Below are positions 10,793 to 19,218 of a stretch of DNA of 64,000 bases, one piece after another. The translations under genes were made by a program, and so were the position numbers. The notes below the pieces were generated by a model. That model was given only the letters and a program-made list of their open reading frames with translations. It ran no database searches and was not told the origin of the DNA. Each line of letters begins with the position of its first letter. Position 1 is the first letter of the stretch. Location of the stretch: positions 186,001-250,000 of IMG/VR virus record IMGVR_UViG_3300027816_000052; one strand, written 5' to 3'.

Positions 10793-13144
10793 ATGGCATA
10801 TATAATTAAAAATACTTCAGGTTTATTAAATACAAGATTAACTGACGTTGGTAGAAGAAAGTTATCGCAAGGTAATTTTGTAATTAAGTATTTTCAAATT
10901 GGTGATAGTGAAGTTTGTTATGATTGTGTTCAAAATTTAAATCCAAAAAATAATTATGTAATTGAGCCAGCGTTTAATTCACAAAATAATGTTGGTGTTC
11001 CGGAAAGTAATAAACAAAATATTAAATATCCCTTTAAACAAAGTCCAACAACAACAAATACTTTTGGTATTGGTAATTTTGATTCTGTCGTTTCACCAAT
11101 ATATAATAGTGCAGCACCTAGAGGATTTTTTAAAGGTGAAGAAGGTAGTTGGTCAGCAAATACTGATTATGGATATTTGGTAACACCAAATTATTATATT
11201 GATATTACAACATTAACTGGGGGAACGAATCAAATATTGCTAATTAGTGGTACTTGTGATACATTAATACCACCAACATCAGATGATTGTTGTTCACCCA
11301 CACCAACACCAACTCCTCCACCAACTCCTCCACCAACTCCAACATCCATTTGTGATACGCCAACACCAACACCGTTTTGTACAACAGGACCATCACCGGG
11401 AGTTGGAATACCGCAAGTGGGTGATTTTATTACCATAATTTATGATTGCTGCGGTGATTGTGGAAAGATTAGAAATGGTTATACTATATTAACCTATAAA
11501 ATATGTTGTTTAGATAATTTAGGTACAACCCTAACTTTAGATAGGGATTTACCCGATTTCGCAAGTTTAGGTTTTACGGGTGATGCTAGAGTCTTAATTT
11601 ATCCATCTGAAATATCAGATTTTTATGGTACGTTTATTCCAAATGAAATTACTGACCAAGATTTAATTAACTATGAAATTCCTTGTGATATTTCAGATGG
11701 TGTAATAAAAATATGGAATATGAATATTCCTTGGAGCGAATCACCAGCGGGTATTTTTTCATCGGTAACTCAGGATTATACAACATATAATAGTAGAACT
11801 TATTTAGGGTCAAAAGAATATTTTGGATATCAATCGGCTAATGGACAAACATTCCTAAACTCATCATATGAAAAATTTAGTTCAGATACGTATTACTATA
11901 ATTCGTTTGATGAGCAAGTTTATCTCCAACCCAAAGACCAAAAAGCAATATCGCTAATTCACTATACGAATAATTCTGTGGATTTAATCTACGGTGAAAA
12001 ATTTGCGATGAATCCTATTGACCCAACAGACGAGGGCGCAACAGGTCAAGCAATAAATTTTAAATTAGAAATACCTTGGTTATTGTGGCATAAATCAACT
12101 GATGGTAAAATAGGTGAAACCTTCTATGTAGATCCACCGGGTTATAATAAATTAAGTGTAAATTACATGGTATCATCTAAAAATGATGATATGAATGATC
12201 CGGGTTTAAGATATTATCATCTTTGGGACATAAATCCAGATTCAAATGGTAATTTGAATAGGGTCGGTAAAGTTTTTCCCGACTATAAGATGGTAATTAT
12301 TGACGATGAGGAAATTATTGCAGCTATGTCATACAAAGCAAATAGAAATTGGACATTACCGGCACCTAAACTATCCTTAATTAATTCAAATATTTGTGAT
12401 GGTGATATGGGTACAACAACAGGTATTTTAGAAAATGATAATGAATATCTTTGGGTTACATATCGCTTAGGTAATCAAACAACAAGTGCGTTTACAGAAT
12501 CTTTACACTGTAATTATTATACATCAATACAAGGACCAAAGACCGGTTGTACAATAAATAGTCAAGATGTTTCTATTAGGTTTGGATTAGAATTTCCATT
12601 TTTAAATCAACCGACCGGTAGTTGTACATATGGTTTTTTTGCTGATAGCATGAGTATTTTAGCTCAAAAAGTTACTGGTGATACTAGACCAAACTCTGAA
12701 AATTGGATTGAAATTGATGTAACAAATCAATTAACATCGAGTATGATTGGTGGTTATATTACACAATCAGGACTTACTGCGACAACATTTGTTGTCGATA
12801 TTGATTCATATACCGGAGGAACCACATATGAACTCAATTACGTAAACTTACCATCATTAAATGATAATGGCGAATCCTGTTTAAATTTTGGTGATGAATA
12901 TTATTTCTATGGTAATCTAAAAACAGATATTGAAGCAACCATTTATGAGATGCGTTATGCGGTTAATTTACCAAATCAACAATTTACTGTAAGTACTAAT
13001 CCAACTTGGGGTAATGAAAAAAAATCATTTATTTCAGAAATTGGGCTTTACGATGAAAATAAAGATCTTATACTTTTAACAAAACTACAATCACCACAAT
13101 TAAGACAAGGTGAGCAGCAGTTTTTGATAAAACTTGATTTTTAA
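10793..13144 (+). CDS. Probable baseplate/tail structural protein, paralog B
   Basis: Long identical blocks with paralog A (e.g. GRRKLSQG, IIDDEEIIAAMSYKANRNWTLPAP, CLNFGDEYYFYGN). Confidence 0.6.
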   Translation: MAYIIKNTSGLLNTRLTDVGRRKLSQGNFVIKYFQIGDSEVCYDCVQNLNPKNNYVIEPAFNSQNNVGVPESNKQNIKYPFKQSPTTTNTFGIGNFDSVVSPIYNSAAPRGFFKGEEGSWSANTDYGYLVTPNYYIDITTLTGGTNQILLISGTCDTLIPPTSDDCCSPTPTPTPPPTPPPTPTSICDTPTPTPFCTTGPSPGVGIPQVGDFITIIYDCCGDCGKIRNGYTILTYKICCLDNLGTTLTLDRDLPDFASLGFTGDARVLIYPSEISDFYGTFIPNEITDQDLINYEIPCDISDGVIKIWNMNIPWSESPAGIFSSVTQDYTTYNSRTYLGSKEYFGYQSANGQTFLNSSYEKFSSDTYYYNSFDEQVYLQPKDQKAISLIHYTNNSVDLIYGEKFAMNPIDPTDEGATGQAINFKLEIPWLLWHKSTDGKIGETFYVDPPGYNKLSVNYMVSSKNDDMNDPGLRYYHLWDINPDSNGNLNRVGKVFPDYKMVIIDDEEIIAAMSYKANRNWTLPAPKLSLINSNICDGDMGTTTGILENDNEYLWVTYRLGNQTTSAFTESLHCNYYTSIQGPKTGCTINSQDVSIRFGLEFPFLNQPTGSCTYGFFADSMSILAQKVTGDTRPNSENWIEIDVTNQLTSSMIGGYITQSGLTATTFVVDIDSYTGGTTYELNYVNLPSLNDNGESCLNFGDEYYFYGNLKTDIEATIYEMRYAVNLPNQQFTVSTNPTWGNEKKSFISEIGLYDENKDLILLTKLQSPQLRQGEQQFLIKLDF

Positions 13145-13148
13145 TTTC

Positions 13149-13748
13149 ATGGCAAAAACAACAAAAAATAGCCCAAAAGTTCTTGGTTTAGATGTATCAA
13201 CAAAGACAATTGGATGGGCGTTATTTGATATAAAAAATAAAGAGCTTTTAGAATTAACACATGTTTCACCAATAGTTAAAGAAAAAACTGAAGATAAAGT
13301 TAGAGAGCTATTACTTAAAGCGGACGTGTTTAAAACAAAATTAATTGAATATAAAAATATTGGAATTACTAAAGTAGTAATTGAAGAACCTCTATTAAAT
13401 AGTAATAATATTTATACCATTGGGATATTACTAAGATTTAATAGTTTTATTACAAAAATAATTTATGATGAACTTGGAATTACCCCAGAATTCATTTCAA
13501 CATATGACTCAAGGAAATTTGCATTTCCTGAATTAGTTAAACAAAATGATAAGGGTAAGTTTGTTCTATTTGGTGGCTTACCTAAAGATATTGATAAAAA
13601 ACAAATAATTTGGGATTTAGTATCCAGAAGAGAACCTCAAATTACTTGGTTATACAACAAAAAAAATCTAATAAAAAAAGAGTGTTATGATATGAGCGAT
13701 GCTTATACCTGCGTTTTAGGTAAAATGAATGAGTTGAAGATTTGGTAA
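13149..13748 (+). CDS. RuvC-like Holliday junction resolvase
   Basis: VLGLDVSTKTIGWA, VVIEEP and DMSDAY acidic motifs. Confidence 0.75.
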   Translation: MAKTTKNSPKVLGLDVSTKTIGWALFDIKNKELLELTHVSPIVKEKTEDKVRELLLKADVFKTKLIEYKNIGITKVVIEEPLLNSNNIYTIGILLRFNSFITKIIYDELGITPEFISTYDSRKFAFPELVKQNDKGKFVLFGGLPKDIDKKQIIWDLVSRREPQITWLYNKKNLIKKECYDMSDAYTCVLGKMNELKIW

Positions 13749-13776
13749 TTTAGACTTTCTTTTCTATATTTTATTT

Positions 13777-14694
13777 ATGGAAAATGAAAAAGATGTATTA
13801 TTAGAGATACTAAGAACTATTTTAGGTAAAGAAAAGAATTATTATAATCTTAAACACCAAATTACTTTTGACTGTCCTGTTTGTAGTTATGAAATTAAGG
13901 GGTTAGAACAAGGTGATGGAAAGGGTAATCTTGAAATAAACACTGAAAGACTTATTTATAAATGTTGGTCATGTGGTGATAGTCACGGTACACACGGTCC
14001 AGTAGGTAAACTAATTGATTTATGGGGTAATAAAAAACAAAAAAAGATTTTTGATTTAATTAGACCTAAAGATGATGAGACAGTAAAGCCAATAATTCAA
14101 AAAATTAGGTTACCTGAAGGTTATATTAAATTTAAAGATTCCAATCCGATTCTTATAGCACATAAAGAAGCATATAATTATCTAAAAAAGAGAGGTGTTA
14201 CAGATGATATAATTGAGAAGTTTGATATTGGGTATACAGTAGATGGGGACTTTAAAAATAGAATAATAATTCCTTCATATGATTCAAATAATAATTTAAA
14301 TTATTTTATTGCAAGGTCTTGGGTTAAGACGAAAATGAAGTATAAAAATCCTACAATACCTAAAGAAACTATAATTTTTAATGAAAGTAGGGTTGATTTT
14401 AATAAAGATATTTATCTTTTAGAGGGTGCTTTCGACTCTATTTTTGTTGATAATAGTATACCTTTATTGGGTAAACATGTTAGTCCGTTACTTTTTGAAA
14501 AACTTTATAATGATGCTAAGAAAAATATTATTATCGCATTAGACGGGGACGCATTTAATAATGCACAAAAGTTATTTCATGAATTAAATGGGGGTGTTTT
14601 ATTTGGTAGAGTTAAATTATTAGAATTACCAAAAGATAAAGATGTTGCGGATTTAAGGGGACAAATAAATGAATTTGAAATTTTTATAAAGTAA
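13777..14694 (+). CDS. dnaG: DNA primase (zinc finger + TOPRIM)
   Basis: CPVC...CWSC zinc finger, RIIIPSYD, LLEGAFD and ALDGDA. Confidence 0.85.
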   Translation: MENEKDVLLEILRTILGKEKNYYNLKHQITFDCPVCSYEIKGLEQGDGKGNLEINTERLIYKCWSCGDSHGTHGPVGKLIDLWGNKKQKKIFDLIRPKDDETVKPIIQKIRLPEGYIKFKDSNPILIAHKEAYNYLKKRGVTDDIIEKFDIGYTVDGDFKNRIIIPSYDSNNNLNYFIARSWVKTKMKYKNPTIPKETIIFNESRVDFNKDIYLLEGAFDSIFVDNSIPLLGKHVSPLLFEKLYNDAKKNIIIALDGDAFNNAQKLFHELNGGVLFGRVKLLELPKDKDVADLRGQINEFEIFIK

Positions 14695-15551
14695 TGATTG
14701 ATTTAATTACAGTAAGAGAAGAAATAATAGATATTTTAAAAAATAAGTATGAAAGTCAAAAACTTTCTTTTTTAGAGGAAAATCACATTTATTTTATGAA
14801 TGATATTGACGGTAATTTAAGAAATGATTGGCCTTCAGTGTCAAAAGTTCTTAAATATTTTTATGATGAATTTGATGCAGAATCAATTGCTCATAAGAAA
14901 AGTAAGGGTGATTTAGCAGTTAAACAAGCATTATTAGATGAATGGAGTAAATCGGGTGAATTAGCGGTTAATATGGGTTCTAGGGTTCACTATCTTCTAG
15001 AAAAAGAATCGCTTAAAATTTTCAACATTGAAAAAGAAGTTAGACAACCAACATTTGATTGTGATTTTGACCAAATATTAAAAAGTGATGCTATGATTCA
15101 GGGCGGAATTAAATTTCTTAATTTAATGAAAGAGCGAGGCGCTGTTTTATTAGATACCGAGGTCGTTTTAGGTTCGGCTGAATTAGGATATGTTGGTCAA
15201 GCAGACAAAATTTGGCTAATTGAAAATAAAAATAAAGACGGGTTTGGGGTTATTGTTTCTGACTATAAGAGTAATAAACCAAAAAATTTTATACCAAATA
15301 GTTTTACTAAAAAAATGAAATTTCCATTTATCTTTTTAGATGATACAGCATTGGGTCATTACTCGGTTCAATTACCACTATACGGTAAACTTTTTCTAAA
15401 AATGTTAGAGGGTACAAAATACGAAAATTTAAAACTCTACGGCTGTATAATAGTACTACTTAAGGACGATTCAGATTTTGAAGAATTTAGAGTCGGTAAA
15501 GGTGCTATGGATACCGCATTAACTATGGACGTAAAAAAATACCTGAAATAG
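14694..15551 (+). CDS. PD-(D/E)XK exonuclease
   Basis: PSVSKVL, GSRVH, GQADKI, SDYKSNK and HYSVQLPLY motifs. Confidence 0.75.
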   Translation: MIDLITVREEIIDILKNKYESQKLSFLEENHIYFMNDIDGNLRNDWPSVSKVLKYFYDEFDAESIAHKKSKGDLAVKQALLDEWSKSGELAVNMGSRVHYLLEKESLKIFNIEKEVRQPTFDCDFDQILKSDAMIQGGIKFLNLMKERGAVLLDTEVVLGSAELGYVGQADKIWLIENKNKDGFGVIVSDYKSNKPKNFIPNSFTKKMKFPFIFLDDTALGHYSVQLPLYGKLFLKMLEGTKYENLKLYGCIIVLLKDDSDFEEFRVGKGAMDTALTMDVKKYLK

Positions 15552-15601
15552 TTTTTTTTGTTAGAGATTTTTTCATATCTTTGTAGTTCAAAAAATAAAT
15601 T

Positions 15602-16468
15602 ATGTCAAAAGTATCTGAACTTCAAACAAAATACGCTAAACAAGTTAGTGCAGCTATTTTCCAAAGTTTCTTACATGCTGATAAAACAGAAACTAAGAAA
15701 TATTTGGAATTTATGTGTAAACTTTGGTCGAATAGAGATAAGAACAAACTAACTAGGTCGGCTAAAGTAATTGAACTTGTTAATGATTTTGATAGTTGTT
15801 TAAGTTATCTTACAAATAAAGATATTTACTCTCCTGAATACACTAATCTTAAAATTCTTCAAGATAGGATTGATGATGCGATGAGTCGCAAATTAGAAAA
15901 AGAATTTGAACCCAAAAAACATGGGACAAAAATTTATGAGACCGAAAATATTTTAATTGTAAGACCGTTAACCCAAGAGGGTTCAGATAAATGGGGGGCA
16001 AACACCAAGTGGTGTACTACCGGTAAAAATAGCAGGTTTAAAGAATATTTTAGACGAGGCGTTATCATCTATTTAATAGATAAAAAAGCATCAAGAAATA
16101 GTGGATATAATAAAATAGCTTTTTATATTAATTGGAATAACCATTCTGTTTTTACGAATGATATTGAAGTATATAATCAACTTGATTCAAGAATTTATGA
16201 TAAACATATGTTAAATTCGGGATGGAATAGACAAGATATTATTACAATTTTTAATATTATTAGAACATATATGTTTAATCTTGAGTTCGTTTTTAAAGCA
16301 AAAGAAAATGTGTCAAACACAATCAATACATTAAATAATATTGATATTGATAAATTAATGGAATCTATTCATCTCATTAGTGAGTCAAATGTTGAAGATA
16401 GAGATTATGTTTTAGAAATTAAAAATAACATTGATTTCATTACAAATAAATTAAAGGAAATTATTTAA
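15602..16468 (+). CDS. Hypothetical protein with a PLT/xGxxTKWCT domain (paralog 1)
   Basis: LIVRPLTQEGSDKWGANTKWCTTG, shared with the genes at 17751 and 31895. Confidence 0.7.
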   Translation: MSKVSELQTKYAKQVSAAIFQSFLHADKTETKKYLEFMCKLWSNRDKNKLTRSAKVIELVNDFDSCLSYLTNKDIYSPEYTNLKILQDRIDDAMSRKLEKEFEPKKHGTKIYETENILIVRPLTQEGSDKWGANTKWCTTGKNSRFKEYFRRGVIIYLIDKKASRNSGYNKIAFYINWNNHSVFTNDIEVYNQLDSRIYDKHMLNSGWNRQDIITIFNIIRTYMFNLEFVFKAKENVSNTINTLNNIDIDKLMESIHLISESNVEDRDYVLEIKNNIDFITNKLKEII

Positions 16469-16470
16469 AT

Positions 16471-17250
16471 ATGATAAATAAAATTATTCATTTTAGTGAC
16501 CTACACATTAGGTTATTTAAGGATCACGATTTGTATCGTGAAATTATGTCTGATGCTTTTAAACAGTGGAGAGATATAAAACCAGATAGAATTGTTTTTA
16601 CTGGTGATTTGGTTCATAGTAAGAATCAAATGACACCAGAACTTGTAGAAATGATTCGTTGGGTTTTGACCGAATGTTCAAGTATTTGTAAAACAATTCT
16701 AATTCCGGGAAACCATGATTTTCTTGAAAACAATATGTCGAGACTTGATGCAATTAGTCCTGTTCTTGACGCACTAAATGATTCAAATATTGTTTATTAC
16801 AAAACAAGAGGTGTTTATGAAGATGATAACATTGATTGGGTTGTATATTCATTGTATGAACATAATATACCTCCGGTAATTGAAAAAAATGATAGACTAA
16901 AAATTGGATTATTTCATGGACCAATTGTTGGATTAAAGACTGATGTTGGTTATGAGTTTGATTCGGGTTTTGATAAGAATGGATTTGATGGGTGCGACCT
17001 CGTTTTATGTGGGGATATACACAGGAGGCAAATTTTTGATATCCCAAATGGAAGAAAAGCATATATGATTGGCTCATGCGCTATGCAGAATTTTGGTGAG
17101 AAAATATCCAATCATGGTTATGGGGTTTATGATGTAAAACAAGATAAATATACTACTCACGATTTGACAAATAAGAGACCATTTCTTAAATTTAAGATAT
17201 CGTCAATCGATGATATTGAAAATGGTAATGAAATTTTAGTAAATGAATGA
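16471..17250 (+). CDS. sbcD: Mre11/SbcD-like (T4 gp47-like) nuclease subunit
   Basis: SDLH, TGDLVH, PGNHD, FHG and GDIH metallophosphoesterase motifs. Lies near the Rad50-like gene. Confidence 0.85.
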   Translation: MINKIIHFSDLHIRLFKDHDLYREIMSDAFKQWRDIKPDRIVFTGDLVHSKNQMTPELVEMIRWVLTECSSICKTILIPGNHDFLENNMSRLDAISPVLDALNDSNIVYYKTRGVYEDDNIDWVVYSLYEHNIPPVIEKNDRLKIGLFHGPIVGLKTDVGYEFDSGFDKNGFDGCDLVLCGDIHRRQIFDIPNGRKAYMIGSCAMQNFGEKISNHGYGVYDVKQDKYTTHDLTNKRPFLKFKISSIDDIENGNEILVNE

Positions 17251-17747
17251 CGATTCCAAAAAACATAAAAGATGAAATTAATCAATATTGTAAATTAAAT
17301 AATATTGAAAATGTTGATTCTTTTTTTATTAAAATAATTAAAAGCGGTTTTGATATTGAAAAATATGGTCTTTTGAATGACGTTGAACCAAAAATTATTG
17401 AAAAAGAAATAGAAAAAATAGTTTATCGTGATGTTATAAAAGAAGTACCTGTAATTGAATATGTTGAGATTGAAAAACCGGTTGAAGTTATAAAAGAAGT
17501 GACAAAAGAAATTCCTGTTGAAAATCAAGTTATTAAAGAGGTAATTGTTGAAAAAGAAATTATTATTGAAAATAAAGAAAAACAAAAAGCTCTGGAAGCA
17601 ACAATACAAAAACTTAGAAACGAATTAAATGAGAAAAACAAAAAAATTGGTGAACTAGAAAATACGTTAAACGAAATTAATACAGTTTACAGTAAACCGG
17701 CAATTTTTTTGAATGGCTCAAACTTAAACAATCCAATAAAAAAATAA
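17247..17747 (+). CDS. Hypothetical protein with EKIV/KEVPV repeats and a coiled coil
   Basis: 166-aa ORF in the operon. Confidence 0.65.
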   Translation: MTIPKNIKDEINQYCKLNNIENVDSFFIKIIKSGFDIEKYGLLNDVEPKIIEKEIEKIVYRDVIKEVPVIEYVEIEKPVEVIKEVTKEIPVENQVIKEVIVEKEIIIENKEKQKALEATIQKLRNELNEKNKKIGELENTLNEINTVYSKPAIFLNGSNLNNPIKK

Positions 17748-17750
17748 ATT

Positions 17751-18674
17751 ATGTCTAAAATCGAAGAATTAAAAAAACAAAACCCCAATCTTATAATTGA
17801 TTTTGTTGATGTTATTAAACTTTTATTAGAAAAACCAAAATATGTTGAATTAATGGTTAACTTATCTAAGAAAGATAAAAAATTTGATTCGGAAAAACCT
17901 TATATTAAAAATAATTTAAGAGAAAATTTTTATATTTCGGAAGAAAAAACTAAAGATAAATCATCAATTGAACTTATAATAATTAATTATTTCGTAGAAA
18001 CATTTATTGGTAAAGACAATTACGAAATATTTTATGATTTTATGTCATATAATGAAAGAAAATTAATTGAGAATAACGATTTAAGTAAATATTCATCTTT
18101 TGATGATGTTAGAAATGCGGTTGCTATTGCCGAATTAAAATCAAATACAAAAGAATTTGAAAAAGAAATTGTTAAATTATATGAAACAAATGAGTGGTTG
18201 GTTTTAAAACCATTAAGCTGGGAAGCATCAAAAAAATATGGTAATAGTACGAAATGGTGTACAGCAGCTAGAGGCGAATATTATCAATTTTACCGATACT
18301 CTAAACAGGGTATTCTAATTTATTGTTTAAATAAATTAACAGGTAAAAAAGTTGCGTTCTTTAAAGAACTTGATAATGAAATTTCTTTTTGGAATGCTGA
18401 AGATAGAAGAATCGATTCAATTGAATCTGGATTATCTATAGATGTTCTTGATATTATCAAAAACGAAATTCATAATTGTAAAAATTCTAATTTTTCTTTG
18501 TTTAGTCAAAATGAAATTCTAAATTATAATTCTTTAATGGAGGATAACGTTAAAGATGTGAGTAATGAACTTCAAGTATACGATGAAAATCATTTTAGAA
18601 ACAATACAGCGGAATACGTTGTACGGGATGAGCCAAGAAATCAACTTAGAATTGTATATCCACCAAATAATTGA
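17751..18674 (+). CDS. Hypothetical protein with a PLS/xGxxTKWCT domain (paralog 2)
   Basis: LVLKPLSWEASKKYGNSTKWCTAA. Confidence 0.7.
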   Translation: MSKIEELKKQNPNLIIDFVDVIKLLLEKPKYVELMVNLSKKDKKFDSEKPYIKNNLRENFYISEEKTKDKSSIELIIINYFVETFIGKDNYEIFYDFMSYNERKLIENNDLSKYSSFDDVRNAVAIAELKSNTKEFEKEIVKLYETNEWLVLKPLSWEASKKYGNSTKWCTAARGEYYQFYRYSKQGILIYCLNKLTGKKVAFFKELDNEISFWNAEDRRIDSIESGLSIDVLDIIKNEIHNCKNSNFSLFSQNEILNYNSLMEDNVKDVSNELQVYDENHFRNNTAEYVVRDEPRNQLRIVYPPNN

Positions 18675-18683
18675 TAAAATAGT

Positions 18684-19028
18684 ATGATAACAAAATTAAT
18701 TTTATGGAGTATATTAAGTTACGGCTTAATGAATATAATGGTTTACGGTTCAATCTTTTCCGGATTAAGAAATGACTTAGAATCGTGGGGTAATAGTAAA
18801 TTACCGCTTAATGAACTTGCTAATTTTATAAGCGGAATACTATCATGTCCGATGTGTTTCTCGGTCTGGGGTGGGTTTTTTCTAGGTGTATTTGTATATT
18901 CACCAACAAATGAGTTGTTTGATATATCAAAATATATTTCATGGTTTTTCGATGGAATTTATTCATCCGGAATTGTTTGGTCAATAAACGCCATTGTTGA
19001 ATGGTTTGAAGAATCTAAAAATAAATAA
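18684..19028 (+). CDS. Membrane protein with a CxxC motif (DUF1360-like)
   Basis: Hydrophobic segments and ILSCPMCFSVW. Confidence 0.6.
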   Translation: MITKLILWSILSYGLMNIMVYGSIFSGLRNDLESWGNSKLPLNELANFISGILSCPMCFSVWGGFFLGVFVYSPTNELFDISKYISWFFDGIYSSGIVWSINAIVEWFEESKNK

Positions 19029-19029
19029 A

Positions 19030-19215
19030 ATGGGACAAAAAAAGAAAGAACATAGAAAAAAAATTAAAGCACGTAATGAACGTATTAAACAAGAACGTAA
19101 TCGTGTTGAGAAAATATACAGTGAAATGTATAAAAAAGTAATGATGGAGAGAATTAAGGAGATTAGTGCTAAAACATCAGGTGATACACAAAATGAAGAG
19201 CAAAAAACTATTTAA
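19030..19215 (+). CDS. Small basic hypothetical protein
   Basis: ATG at 19030; Lys/Arg-rich. Confidence 0.6.
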   Translation: MGQKKKEHRKKIKARNERIKQERNRVEKIYSEMYKKVMMERIKEISAKTSGDTQNEEQKTI

Positions 19216-19218
19216 CGA

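Noticed and set aside
8453-13144. Diversity-generating retroelement template/variable repeat pair
   Set aside because: The similarity covers whole genes with all substitution types, not adenine-specific changes, and there is no reverse transcriptase in the window.
14694-15551. Cas4 / CRISPR adaptation gene
   Set aside because: It has PD-(D/E)XK motifs but no four-Cys Fe-S cluster pattern, and no array or cas1 in the window.
17295-17609. Antisense and alternate-frame ORFs in the track (e.g. 1356-1595, 7590-7949, 17295-17609, 20154-20411, 43789-44196, 57888-58181, 59970-60272)
   Set aside because: These are shadows of real genes with biased composition (F/N-rich or V-rich) or translations of the palindromic sites.
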